Of a DNA stretch of 64,000 nucleotides, positions 1 to 10,600 are shown piece after piece; position 1 is the stretch's first letter; each line of letters opens with the position of its first letter. Source of the stretch: an uncultured Pseudomonadota bacterium (GTDB lineage: Bacteria > Bdellovibrionota_C > UBA2361 > CALMIO01); contig CALMIO010000003.1 in assembly GCA_937864035.1 (NCBI GenBank), forward strand, positions 14,673 to 78,672. Direction: 5' to 3'. The position numbers and the translations under genes were made by a program. Under the pieces are notes generated by a model. That model was not told the DNA's origin. It did no database searches and saw only the letters and a program-made list of their open reading frames with translations.

Positions 1-2
1 TT

Positions 3-305
3 TCTGAGATTCTAAAAACTACTCTTCGTGTAAAAGGGCTCGATCAAAAGATTCAAAAGTACAGTTTTGTTGAAAATTGGCATCAAATTGTTGGCAAAGA
101 TATTGCCGATCACTCCCGCCCCGACAAAATCCAAGGAGGAGCTTTTTACATAAGGGTCCAAAGCTCCTCTTGGGCCCAGGAGCTTACTTTTTTTAAGGAT
201 CTTATCATAAAAAGATTGACAGAGCATTTAAATCTGACCGATCCTTTAAACGGAGATCGCAAAATATCCGATCTCCGTTTTATAGTTGATAGCCGCGCTT
301 TTTAG
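3..305 (+). CDS. DUF721/DciA-like protein, 3' portion (5' end lies outside the window)
   Basis: Frame-3 ORF open from the window edge to TAG at 303-305. Translation SEILKTTLRVKGLDQKIQKYSFVENWHQIVGKDIADHSRPDKIQGGAFYIRVQSSSWAQELTFFKDLIIKRL resembles the DUF721 family (HSRP..GG.L.V.V.SSAW.QEL) that usually sits near dnaN/recF/gyrB. It is absent from the supplied ORF track because it has no start codon in the window. Confidence 0.55.
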   Translation, partial: SEILKTTLRVKGLDQKIQKYSFVENWHQIVGKDIADHSRPDKIQGGAFYIRVQSSSWAQELTFFKDLIIKRLTEHLNLTDPLNGDRKISDLRFIVDSRAF

Positions 306-341
306 AAGCTAGGGCTTTAATAAAAAAACTTGATCGTGTAA

Positions 342-2159
<1,818 letters not shown>

Positions 2160-2210
2160 TTTTTTAATGCCGCTTTTTACTTTCAAAAGATAACTTGTTA
2201 AGATAGTTAT

Positions 2211-3035
2211 ATGCCTTTCTCTAGGAAGCAAATGAAGCTTTTTGATCAAGATCGTTTATTGGTAATCGCTGGTCCATGTCAGATTGAAGGTCGCGATCAC
2301 GCTTTGATGGTGGCGGAAAAACTGTCTAATGTTTGCCGCAATTTTGGAGTTAATTTTGTTTATAAAAGCTCTTTTGACAAAGCTAATCGAACCTCAGCAA
2401 ATTCCGAGCGCGGCGTTGGTATGGAAGAGGGTCTGCGAATTTTACAAGAGGTACGCCGGCAGATTGGTTGTCCGATTCTTTCTGATATTCATCTTCCCGA
2501 TCAGGCTACGGTTTGTGCCGAAATTTTAGACATAATTCAGATACCGGCTTTTTTGTCGAGACAGACAGACTTATTGCAAGCCGCCGGGAAAACAGGACGG
2601 ATTATTAACATAAAAAAGGGGCAATTTATGCATCCGGCTGATATGTTTTTTGCCGCTGAAAAGATCGAAAAAGTTGGCAATAATCAAATCATGCTTTGTG
2701 AGCGGGGTAGTTCATTTGGTTACCGCGATTTAGTTGTTGATATGCGCTCTTTAATTATCATGCGAAGCTTAAATTATCCAGTTATTTTCGATGCCACTCA
2801 TAGCGTTCAGTCGGTTGGCGGCGCTGCCGGTAGAAGCGGCGGCGCTTCCGAGTATGTAATTCCTTTGGCTAAAGCCGCTTTGGCTGTTGGAGTTGATGGC
2901 ATTTTTGTCGAGACTCACAATGATCCAACCAAGGCTCCATCTGATGGGTCTTCGATGCTACCGCTTGACCAATTTGAGAATTTGCTTTCGCAAGCGGTTG
3001 AAATTGATCGTTTAAATTATGGGAGCGCTAAATAG
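2211..3035 (+). CDS. kdsA: 2-dehydro-3-deoxyphosphooctonate aldolase (KDO-8-phosphate synthase)
   Basis: 274 aa with KdsA-type motifs (GPCQIEG, FKSSFDKANRTS, DVTHSVQ). An alternative start 7 codons downstream (MKLFDQ) is preceded by AGGAAG. Confidence 0.95.
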   Translation: MPFSRKQMKLFDQDRLLVIAGPCQIEGRDHALMVAEKLSNVCRNFGVNFVYKSSFDKANRTSANSERGVGMEEGLRILQEVRRQIGCPILSDIHLPDQATVCAEILDIIQIPAFLSRQTDLLQAAGKTGRIINIKKGQFMHPADMFFAAEKIEKVGNNQIMLCERGSSFGYRDLVVDMRSLIIMRSLNYPVIFDATHSVQSVGGAAGRSGGASEYVIPLAKAALAVGVDGIFVETHNDPTKAPSDGSSMLPLDQFENLLSQAVEIDRLNYGSAK

Positions 3036-3766
3036 TGAGACTATCTAAGGCTTCTAGTTATAAAATAACTTTATTAGTAATCGTTTTATTTTTTACTTTT
3101 GGGGTTTGGTCGCTCAAACGCAATGAGCGCGCTCCCGATCAGGATATAGCAAAAAAGTTTTTGAAAGAAGAGGTTGGAGAAACCGATGAATTATCGGCAG
3201 TGATGGCGGATGTTAAAACATCTCTTAATGGTGAGGGCGTTTCTAATCAATCTGCTCCGTTCGTGTTGCATAATTTTAAAAGGCGCTCAGTCGAAGGTTC
3301 TGATCTCAAATGGGAGATAGAAGCGACTAGTGGAACTTATGCGGCGGATACAGGAGACGCTTGGCTAAAGGAGGCAAATCTTTTACTTTCTCAAGCGGAT
3401 GGCAATCTTGTTAGGGTTCTTTCTCAATCGGCAAAGTTAAAATTTGCCGGCAACGATATTTTAAAAGGTGTTTTTGCTGATGGTTTAATTCTGACTCAGA
3501 TTGATAAAAAAGAGTGCTCCAAAGAGAGCTCTTGTAGTAATCAGGGGAGGAGAATCGAGGGCGAAAAATGTTGTAAAGAATCGGAAGAAACAACTCTTAA
3601 GACAACTAGCGGTGTTTACGACAAAGAGAGAGATCTTTTTCAGACAGCTGACCCGGTAACGATTGTTCGCGAGAACGCAACTATTAGCGGAGTTGGGATG
3701 AAGGCATTTTTAGAGAAAAGAGAATTTCACATATTAAGCAATGTTACTACTGAAATTAAAGGATAA
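3035..3766 (+). CDS. lptC: LptC-like LPS export protein (membrane-anchored)
   Basis: GTG start overlaps the kdsA stop (TAGTG) and is preceded by GGGAG. It has an N-terminal TM helix, sits in the kdsA-lptC-lptA-lptB order, and has a beta-rich OstA-like body. It contains a Cys-rich insertion (CSKESSCSNQGRRIEGEKCC). Confidence 0.55.
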   Translation: MRLSKASSYKITLLVIVLFFTFGVWSLKRNERAPDQDIAKKFLKEEVGETDELSAVMADVKTSLNGEGVSNQSAPFVLHNFKRRSVEGSDLKWEIEATSGTYAADTGDAWLKEANLLLSQADGNLVRVLSQSAKLKFAGNDILKGVFADGLILTQIDKKECSKESSCSNQGRRIEGEKCCKESEETTLKTTSGVYDKERDLFQTADPVTIVRENATISGVGMKAFLEKREFHILSNVTTEIKG

Positions 3767-4445
3767 AATCGACTGGCGATTTTTTGTTTTGCCGATCGTG
3801 GCATTTGCGGGATTAACCTTTTTGCGAACGAAGGTTGCTTGCGCCGATCCATCTCAAAAAGGCGGCGCCATCGCGATTAGCGTCAAACCTTCAGCCGAAT
3901 CTGCTTCAAGCAAGACAGCTGATAAAAATCAAAAAGATAAGCAGACCGGCGATTCAGCTGGTGGAGGTTTGTTCTCTTTTAGTTCAAATCCGGAATTTGA
4001 CAAACAGCCAACATATGTTACCTCTGATAAGCTGAATCTTTATTCTAATCGGCGATTTTTTGAATATCTTGGAAACGTCGTCGTTACTAAAGGTGACTTA
4101 ATAATTCACTCTGATATTCTTGAGGGTACTTACGACGAAAACAATCAGGTCGAGAAATTGATCGCCAGATCTAATGTTAGAATAACTAAGGGAGAGAATA
4201 TTAAAGCAAACAGCCAAAAAGCGACTTTTTTTGCTCACAACGATACAGTTGAATTGACGGAAAATCCCCAAGTTGAGCAGGAAGGAAGTGTTCTAAACGC
4301 TGATCTGGTTAGAATATTTCTTAAAGATAATCGGAGCGAGGCGGAGGGGAAAGTTTCTGTAAAATTAGTAGAAAAAGGGGCGCCAGCCACCCCGACTCCG
4401 GAGATTGAACCAACCCCAATTCCAAAACCAAAGCTTTTAAGGTAA
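3741..4445 (+). CDS. lptA: LPS transport periplasmic protein LptA (OstA N-terminal domain)
   Basis: Signal peptide (FFVLPIVAFAGLTFLRTKVACA) and OstA-like domain (YVTSDKLNLY...GNVVVTKGDLIIHSD...ARSNVRITKGEN). Pro-rich C-terminus. Overlaps lptC by 26 bp. Confidence 0.75.
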   Translation: MLLLKLKDKIDWRFFVLPIVAFAGLTFLRTKVACADPSQKGGAIAISVKPSAESASSKTADKNQKDKQTGDSAGGGLFSFSSNPEFDKQPTYVTSDKLNLYSNRRFFEYLGNVVVTKGDLIIHSDILEGTYDENNQVEKLIARSNVRITKGENIKANSQKATFFAHNDTVELTENPQVEQEGSVLNADLVRIFLKDNRSEAEGKVSVKLVEKGAPATPTPEIEPTPIPKPKLLR

Positions 4446-4524
4446 GCTGATTTTCTAGCTCAAGCTTTAATTATAAGAGAGTTATTCTTAATTGTCAATT
4501 TTTTTCAGTCATTAGAAAGTTTTT

Positions 4525-5256
4525 ATGAATCATCTTTTGCGAGCTGATAATATTTCAAAAAGCTACGGCGGCAGAAGAGTGGTTGATGGTGTTAGTTTAA
4601 ACCTACAAAGCGGTGAAATAGTTGGCCTCTTGGGTCCAAATGGAGCCGGTAAGACAACCAGTTTTTACATCTGCCTTGGGCTTGCCAAACCTGATGGCGG
4701 TCGGGTTTCTTTTGATGAGCGTGAAATAACTAATCTGCCTATGTATCAACGAGCTCGGCTTGGCATAGGTTATTTGCCACAAGAACCTTCAATCTTTAGA
4801 AAATTGACGGTTTATGACAATGTTTACTCTATCCTTGAAACTAGAAAAAAATTCAACAAACAGGAGCTTCATGCTTATACCTTAGAGTTGTTAGATCAGT
4901 TGGGCGTTGGCGGCAAATTAGTTGATAGTCCAGCTAGCGCACTTTCTGGAGGAGAACGCAGACGCGTTGAAATCGCTCGTTGTTTGGCGCTTGATCCAGC
5001 TTTTATACTATTAGATGAACCTTTTGCCGGCATTGATCCTCTGGCGATAGCGGACATTCAACAGATAGTTGCCGATCTTGCCCGGCGTGGCATTGGCGTG
5101 CTCATTACCGATCACAACGTGCGCGAAACGCTTGCTATTTGCAGTCGCGCTTATATTTTGGTTGATGGTAGAGTTTTAGAAGAGGGGACCCCTGACGTTA
5201 TAGCGAACAGCGAAAAAGCTCGCCGTTATTATCTTGGGGACGATTTCGCGCTTTAA
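4525..5256 (+). CDS. lptB: LPS export ABC transporter ATP-binding protein LptB
   Basis: 243 aa. Walker A GPNGAGKTT, ABC signature LSGGERRRVEIAR, Walker B ILLDEP. Position immediately after lptA. Confidence 0.9.
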   Translation: MNHLLRADNISKSYGGRRVVDGVSLNLQSGEIVGLLGPNGAGKTTSFYICLGLAKPDGGRVSFDEREITNLPMYQRARLGIGYLPQEPSIFRKLTVYDNVYSILETRKKFNKQELHAYTLELLDQLGVGGKLVDSPASALSGGERRRVEIARCLALDPAFILLDEPFAGIDPLAIADIQQIVADLARRGIGVLITDHNVRETLAICSRAYILVDGRVLEEGTPDVIANSEKARRYYLGDDFAL

Positions 5257-5629
5257 AATCAGCTTCAGATGAAAGTTTTTTTGACTAAAGTTTCTTTTTG
5301 ATAAATTCTAATCAGGAGGAGACGGCTTTTTTGCCGAATCGAAAGATGGGAGTTTGGCGAAATAAAATCGAGACAATTTTCTGGCCTCAACTGTAAAACA
5401 GAGCACGTTGTTTTTTAAAATTATTTAGCAATTAGTTAAAGCTCCGGCAAAAAACTTCTTAATTTAGCAGTCTTTAGCTTACATCGCGACTTTAAATTCG
5501 ATAATCACCGATCAATAATTTTGCGAAGGGTCATGGGCTTTGCCCCGAACGGCGAAAACGACCCCTTCCGCGCTCAAGTTTGCGTGCTTGTCAGTGTCGG
5601 CAAATTTATTACTTTTGTTGACAAACTCT

Positions 5630-6472
5630 TTAAAAATCAGCAGTAATATCCTTTAAAATAGCTTCTTTTTGAGTTGTGCGCTCATTTTGATTGATTGTTT
5701 CCGTAGAGGAGTTCTTACTGCCTCCAACAATAGCCGCGCTCTTGTTATTATTAGTTTGAGCAGCTTGCTTCTGTTGCTCCTCGAATTGGGCGCGAGCGGA
5801 ATTTGATTGATCGGCTGTTTGATCAACAAATTGATCGGCTGTTTGATCAACAAATTGATCGGCTGTTTGATCAACAAAATTGCCAGTTTTTGTTTCAGCA
5901 TTACCGTTGAAATTTGCATTTTCTCTTGTTGGTGGTTGTTTAAAAGAGTTGCTTGCGCTCTCCTCGATCTTATTGCTATCGGAATTTCCACTATTGGAAT
6001 AGCTCACAGAGGAGGAAGCTATGATTTTGCGAGACGTCTCGGAATTGGAATTGGTGTCAAATGAATCTCCTCGCTTAACATTTCTATTGTCATTGATTGT
6101 GGTTGGTTCAAGCCAGCTTTTGGCTGTATTGATTGGTTGTTTGCGCTGATCGCTAGTGCCCATAAGGGGCATTGGGTCGGTTCTAACCGCATACTCAAGC
6201 GGCACCCTAATTATGTCTCCGACACGAAGTTTGTTTGCTGGAACAGCCGGATTGGCGTCAGCCAAAGTTTGCCACGAGGTTGTCTTGCCAAAATACCATT
6301 TTGCCATATTGGCGTAAGTGTCGCCCGGTCTGATTATGTGTTCGAGATACTGCTCGGTTAGTTCATTGTAGGTTGATTGTTTTGGGCGTTGCTTGTGGCA
6401 ATTTATTATAAATAATCCACAAAATATAATTATTGTTAAGGCGTGAAAGTATTTGAAGATTGAAAGTTGCAT
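5630..6472 (-). CDS. Secreted LysM-domain protein with low-complexity S/N/Q-rich tail and an internal tandem repeat
   Basis: N-terminal hydrophobic signal/anchor (LTIIIFCGLFIINC) and a LysM-like segment (IIRPGDTYANMAKWYFGKTTSWQTLADANPAVPANKLRVGDIIRVP). The repeat encodes FVDQTADQ x3. Confidence 0.8.
   Translation of the reverse strand: MQLSIFKYFHALTIIIFCGLFIINCHKQRPKQSTYNELTEQYLEHIIRPGDTYANMAKWYFGKTTSWQTLADANPAVPANKLRVGDIIRVPLEYAVRTDPMPLMGTSDQRKQPINTAKSWLEPTTINDNRNVKRGDSFDTNSNSETSRKIIASSSVSYSNSGNSDSNKIEESASNSFKQPPTRENANFNGNAETKTGNFVDQTADQFVDQTADQFVDQTADQSNSARAQFEEQQKQAAQTNNNKSAAIVGGSKNSSTETINQNERTTQKEAILKDITADF
5807..5878. repeat. Perfect 24-bp tandem repeat x3 (unit ttgatcggctgtttgatcaacaaa)
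   Basis: Read directly: three identical in-frame copies at 5807-5830, 5831-5854 and 5855-5878, with a partial fourth copy upstream. Each unit carries the 8-bp palindrome TTGATCAA and two GATC sites. It lies inside the LysM protein ORF. Confidence 0.92.
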
Positions 6473-6556
6473 AAATTTATAAAGAAGATTTCCTAAAATA
6501 TTATATCTCTTTTAATTGCCATAGCCTATAACTTTTGCGGCGTTGTTTCAAGAGAG

Positions 6557-7102
6557 TTATGTTTTCTGGTAAAAAACAAGCTCAGTTGAGCCATAACGCC
6601 TTTTTTCAATCTCACTAAAGGTTGCTAGACTTAGGATTTCATACTCTTGGGGATGTATCTGTGCTATAATTTTGCCTCTCTGATTGACTAGACTGGGGCG
6701 CTCGGCAATAGCTCTGACTGCTTCTATCCAAAGTCCTTTAAACTGAGGGGGGGCAATATATATATGGTCAAAACTATCTTTGCTTCTTTTGATGAAGGCA
6801 AAAGCATCCCCTTTAAAGATTGTGGCGTTGCTCTCTAGTTTAGTTTTGCGCAAATTACTAGCGATTGTTTCTTGGGCGGCACGCGCAATCTCAACGAATA
6901 TAACCTGCCGCGCTCCGCGGCTTAAAGCTTCAATTCCAACGCCGCCACTGCCGGCGAACAGATCCAAGAAGCGGGCATTTTCGATCTCTGGACTGAGGAT
7001 ATCAAACAGAGGAACTTTGACTCGATCTAATATTGGCCGTGTCGTTTCACCGGGTACTGAATTTAGTTTGATGCCTTTGGCTGTTCCGCCGATAACACGC
7101 AC
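6557..7102 (-). CDS. rsmD: 16S rRNA (guanine966-N2)-methyltransferase RsmD
   Basis: 181 aa with SAM-binding motif DLFAGSGGVGIEALSRGA and the N6-adenine/N2-guanine MTase motif (YIAPPQFKG, close to DPPY). Confidence 0.85.
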   Translation of the reverse strand: MRVIGGTAKGIKLNSVPGETTRPILDRVKVPLFDILSPEIENARFLDLFAGSGGVGIEALSRGARQVIFVEIARAAQETIASNLRKTKLESNATIFKGDAFAFIKRSKDSFDHIYIAPPQFKGLWIEAVRAIAERPSLVNQRGKIIAQIHPQEYEILSLATFSEIEKRRYGSTELVFYQKT

Positions 7103-7127
7103 GCGCTACTCGCTACACTAAATAAAG

Positions 7128-8456
7128 TTAATAAAGGGCGCGATTTAGATCCCATTTTTCAAGATAGTTTCTGATAAACGCCAAAAATCCTCCACCGAGA
7201 GCGCCATCAATAATTCTATGGTCGTAAGATAAAGTCAGATAGCACATTTCGCGAATGGCGATCATGTCGTCAACTACTACTGGACGTTTAACGATTGCTC
7301 CTAAACAGAGAATAGCAACTTGCGGTTGATTGATTATCGGTGTTCCGATCACCGTGCCAAAACCACCAACATTGGTAACTGTGAAAGTGCCTCCAACTAC
7401 ATCGTCCGGCATCAGTTTTTTATTGCGGGCTCTGGTTGCTAGATCGTTTAAATCTCTAGCGATTCCGACTAGAGTTTTCTCTTCGGCGCGTTTAATAACG
7501 GGCACGATTAAACCGCTTGTGCCAAGAGCGACCGCACAACCAAGATTGATGTGTCTTTTTAAAACTATATTCTTTCCATCAACTGAAGCGTTTAAAAATG
7601 GAAACTGCAAAATTCCTTTTACGGCCGCTTCAAGAAAGATCGGGGTAAAGCTTAAACTAAAACCTTCGCGCTCTTCGAAAGCTTGTTTGTTAGCCTTGCG
7701 CCAACGCGAGATGTTAGTAACATCAACTTCTTGGATTGAATAAACGTGAGGGCTTGTGTGCTTGGAGCGCACCATGTGTTCGGCAATAGCGGCTCGCATA
7801 TTATCCATCGGTACTATTTTTTGCACTTCACTCCCCCAGTCGATCTCTAAAATCGCGTTGGTTTGAGGAGTGTGTGCTGCCGCCCCAGATTCAACAGGCT
7901 TAACACTACCTCGTTGTTCCACATAGCTTGTTAAATCTTGTTTTGTAATTCGACCTCCACTGCCGCTACCAGTAATTTTGCCAAGTTCGGTGTCGCTTAA
8001 ATTGTGTTTTGCGGCAAGGCTTTTAACCAGGGGTGATATAAAACGAGTTGATTTGTGGTCGCTGCTGATCTGAACGACACCGCTAGCCTGCTGAGCCGGT
8101 GGCGCTGTCGTTTTTGTTATCTTAGCGCGTGAAGACTCCTCTTGCGGCACTTGGTTGACAGATTGTTTACTTTCAACTTTTTTAACGGAGTTGTTGTCAT
8201 CGGTTTTTGAGGCATTTGCTGATTCGCTGATAATAGCTATAACTTTTTTTACTGGAACAACATCTCCCTCCTTATAGAGAATCTCTGAGAGGTAACCAGA
8301 GGCCGGCGCTGGAATCTCAGAGTCAACTTTATCAGTTGAGATCTCTAAAATAACCTGATCGCGTTCAACCTTGTCTCCCGGCTTGACGCGCCATTTTAAG
8401 ATCTTTGCTTCTGTTATTGATTCGCCCATTTGAGGCATTACCATTTCGGTCGCCAT
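7128..8456 (-). CDS. Dihydrolipoamide acyltransferase (E2) of a 2-oxoacid dehydrogenase complex
   Basis: N-terminal lipoyl domain (EAKILKWRVKPGDKV...EISTDKV), a peripheral subunit-binding domain, and a C-terminal catalytic domain with DHRIIDGA. Confidence 0.9.
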   Translation of the reverse strand: MATEMVMPQMGESITEAKILKWRVKPGDKVERDQVILEISTDKVDSEIPAPASGYLSEILYKEGDVVPVKKVIAIISESANASKTDDNNSVKKVESKQSVNQVPQEESSRAKITKTTAPPAQQASGVVQISSDHKSTRFISPLVKSLAAKHNLSDTELGKITGSGSGGRITKQDLTSYVEQRGSVKPVESGAAAHTPQTNAILEIDWGSEVQKIVPMDNMRAAIAEHMVRSKHTSPHVYSIQEVDVTNISRWRKANKQAFEEREGFSLSFTPIFLEAAVKGILQFPFLNASVDGKNIVLKRHINLGCAVALGTSGLIVPVIKRAEEKTLVGIARDLNDLATRARNKKLMPDDVVGGTFTVTNVGGFGTVIGTPIINQPQVAILCLGAIVKRPVVVDDMIAIREMCYLTLSYDHRIIDGALGGGFLAFIRNYLEKWDLNRALY

Positions 8457-8486
8457 AGTAATAATTTGAATTTATTAAGAGTTTAG

Positions 8487-10574
8487 TTAAAATTTTAGCA
8501 GTTCTTCGAGCGCTTGGTAAAGAGTTTCGTTCTGGGGTAAGACGAATTTCTCAAGGTTGCCGGCATGCGGAATACCGGCCACGTCGAGCGCCGCCACCCG
8601 TTTTACCGGAGCGTCGAGCCAAGTAAAGCAGTTTTCCGAGATTTGAGCCGCTATTTCCGCTCCAAAACCCATAAAAGCAGTGTCTTCGTGGGCTATTAAA
8701 ACCCGAGAGGTTTTCATTAGGCTGTTAGCGATTGTTTCAAAATCTAATGGCAAAATAGTTCGAAGATCGATAACTTCGATTTCAGCTCCCATTTTTTCGG
8801 CGGCCTCCTTGGCTACTGTCAAAGCTTTGTTAACTAACGCTCCCCAAGTTACGATGGTTGCTGAATTTCCCGAGCGAACAACTTTGGCTTTGCCAAATGG
8901 CAACATCCAGTTATCATTTCCAATAACTCCTTTAGCGTAAACTTGTCTGTATAAGCCTTTGTGTTCCAAAAACAAAACCGGATCATTCATTCTGATAGCG
9001 GTTCTCAGTAATCCGGCGGCATCGGTCGCGTTTGATGGATAAGCGATATAGAGTCCCGGAAAGTGAGCAAAAGTCGCTTCAATATTTTGCGAGTGATAAA
9101 GTCCTCCGTGTATGTAACCACCGACGGGAACTCGAATAACCGCTGGCGCTGAAAAATCGCCGTTCGAGCGGAAACGGATCTGCGCCAGTTCATTTCTGAT
9201 CTGCATCATTGCTGTCCATATATAATCGCCAAACTGGATCTCGGCGATCGGTTTTATTCCGTAGGTGGCGGCTCCGATGGCGACACCGGCGATCGAGCTT
9301 TCCGCCAGTTGTGTGTTAAAACACCTTTCTTTTCCATGTTTGGTTGTCAAATTCGAGGTAACCGTGAAAACACCGCCTTTGCCACCGGCCACATCTTGGC
9401 CAAAGACAATTATTTCTGGATTTTTTTTCATCTCTTGATCGAGCACTTTGTTCAAAGCGTCAACTAAGAACAATTCTTCACCGCTTTCAGTTTGTTTTTC
9501 CTCAATTTTGAGCCAAGGATAGGGATCGTTGTAGTTTGATTCTTCCAAATCTTGTTCTTTAGGAAACGGTTGAGTTTCTGCCCATTCTGCGGCGAGATCT
9601 ATCTCTTTTTTAATCTTTTCTTCGAGTGTTTTAATTTTGTCGGTGCTGATGATTTTTTCTTTAAGTAGTTGCTCGCGTAATGATCCGATCGGGCAGAGTT
9701 TTTTTTCAGCGGCAAGCTCCCTTTCAGTTCGATACTTGAGGTGGTTATCGGAGATTGAATGGCTTTGAAGGCGCGCCATGTATGCTTCAACGAGCGCCGG
9801 ACCTTGACCGTTTGCCGCTTGTTGATAAGCTTTGCTGATTACCTTTAGAGTTTCACCGTAATTTGAGCCGTCAACTTCAAAACTTGTTAAGCCAGCGTAA
9901 CCGGAGACCATCTTGGCGACGCTTTTGCCCGGTATTTGATCTGATACCGGCACCGAAATCGCGAAACCGTTATTTTGGATCATAAAAACAATCGGAAGTT
10001 TTTCTCGTGCCGCCCAGTTAAGCGCTTCGTGAAAATCGCCTTGGGCGCATGCGCCTTCGCCGGCGGAGACGTAAACAACCTCTTTAGCTTTTTTGTATTT
10101 GATCGCCAACGCCATGCCAACTGCTTGGCAGAACTGGGTGCCGGTCGGCGAACTTTGAGCTACCACACGGAGTTTTTTATGTCCGTAATGGTTTGGCATC
10201 ATCCGTCCGTGCGAGTTTGGGTCATCTTCTTTATTTAAATTGCTGAGCATTATCTCGCGGTCGCTCATGCCGAGGGCGACGACCAGTGCGAGATCTCGAT
10301 AATATGGATAAAACCAATCTTTTCCGGCTTTGAAAACTTTTGCGGCGGCGACGCCAACGGCCTCATGGCCGGCACAGCCGATTTGAAAGTGACACTTGTT
10401 TTGTTTGTAAAGGACGATTGCTTTTTCGTCGAGAGCGCGAGCGCGAAACATAACTGCGTAGGCATCGATTAAAGATCTATCTCTCTCTAAAGTCGTTTTT
10501 TCTTTTGAGAGCTGTTTGCCGTGGCGTTTTGATTTTTCGCTTTTCGAGCCGTGTGTTTGGGCGATAAAGTTCAT
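8487..10574 (-). CDS. 2-oxoacid dehydrogenase E1 component, fused alpha-beta subunits (TPP-dependent)
   Basis: 695 aa. The N-terminal half is E1-alpha-like (TPP binding, GEGACAQGDFHEALN) and the C-terminal half is transketolase-like E1-beta. It lies directly upstream of E2. Confidence 0.9.
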   Translation of the reverse strand: MNFIAQTHGSKSEKSKRHGKQLSKEKTTLERDRSLIDAYAVMFRARALDEKAIVLYKQNKCHFQIGCAGHEAVGVAAAKVFKAGKDWFYPYYRDLALVVALGMSDREIMLSNLNKEDDPNSHGRMMPNHYGHKKLRVVAQSSPTGTQFCQAVGMALAIKYKKAKEVVYVSAGEGACAQGDFHEALNWAAREKLPIVFMIQNNGFAISVPVSDQIPGKSVAKMVSGYAGLTSFEVDGSNYGETLKVISKAYQQAANGQGPALVEAYMARLQSHSISDNHLKYRTERELAAEKKLCPIGSLREQLLKEKIISTDKIKTLEEKIKKEIDLAAEWAETQPFPKEQDLEESNYNDPYPWLKIEEKQTESGEELFLVDALNKVLDQEMKKNPEIIVFGQDVAGGKGGVFTVTSNLTTKHGKERCFNTQLAESSIAGVAIGAATYGIKPIAEIQFGDYIWTAMMQIRNELAQIRFRSNGDFSAPAVIRVPVGGYIHGGLYHSQNIEATFAHFPGLYIAYPSNATDAAGLLRTAIRMNDPVLFLEHKGLYRQVYAKGVIGNDNWMLPFGKAKVVRSGNSATIVTWGALVNKALTVAKEAAEKMGAEIEVIDLRTILPLDFETIANSLMKTSRVLIAHEDTAFMGFGAEIAAQISENCFTWLDAPVKRVAALDVAGIPHAGNLEKFVLPQNETLYQALEELLKF

Positions 10575-10600
10575 AACCTTTAAGGATCGCAGTATTTGAG

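Noticed and set aside
5520-5560. GGGC-TTT-GCCC palindrome downstream of lptB and the LysM gene as a possible terminator
   Set aside because: The stem is only 4 bp with no flanking U-tract, which is too weak to call an intrinsic terminator.
5257-5629. 370-bp convergent gap after lptB, where rpoN/hpf follow in enterobacteria
   Set aside because: It contains only a 21-codon TTG-initiated ORF behind AGGAGG. That is too short and unconserved to call. The region is probably a bidirectional terminator region.
6780-7743. Plus-strand ORFs 6780..7121 and 7330..7743 antisense to rsmD and E2
   Set aside because: Both lie antisense to well-supported conserved genes and are Arg/Leu/Ser-rich, which is typical of spurious antisense frames.
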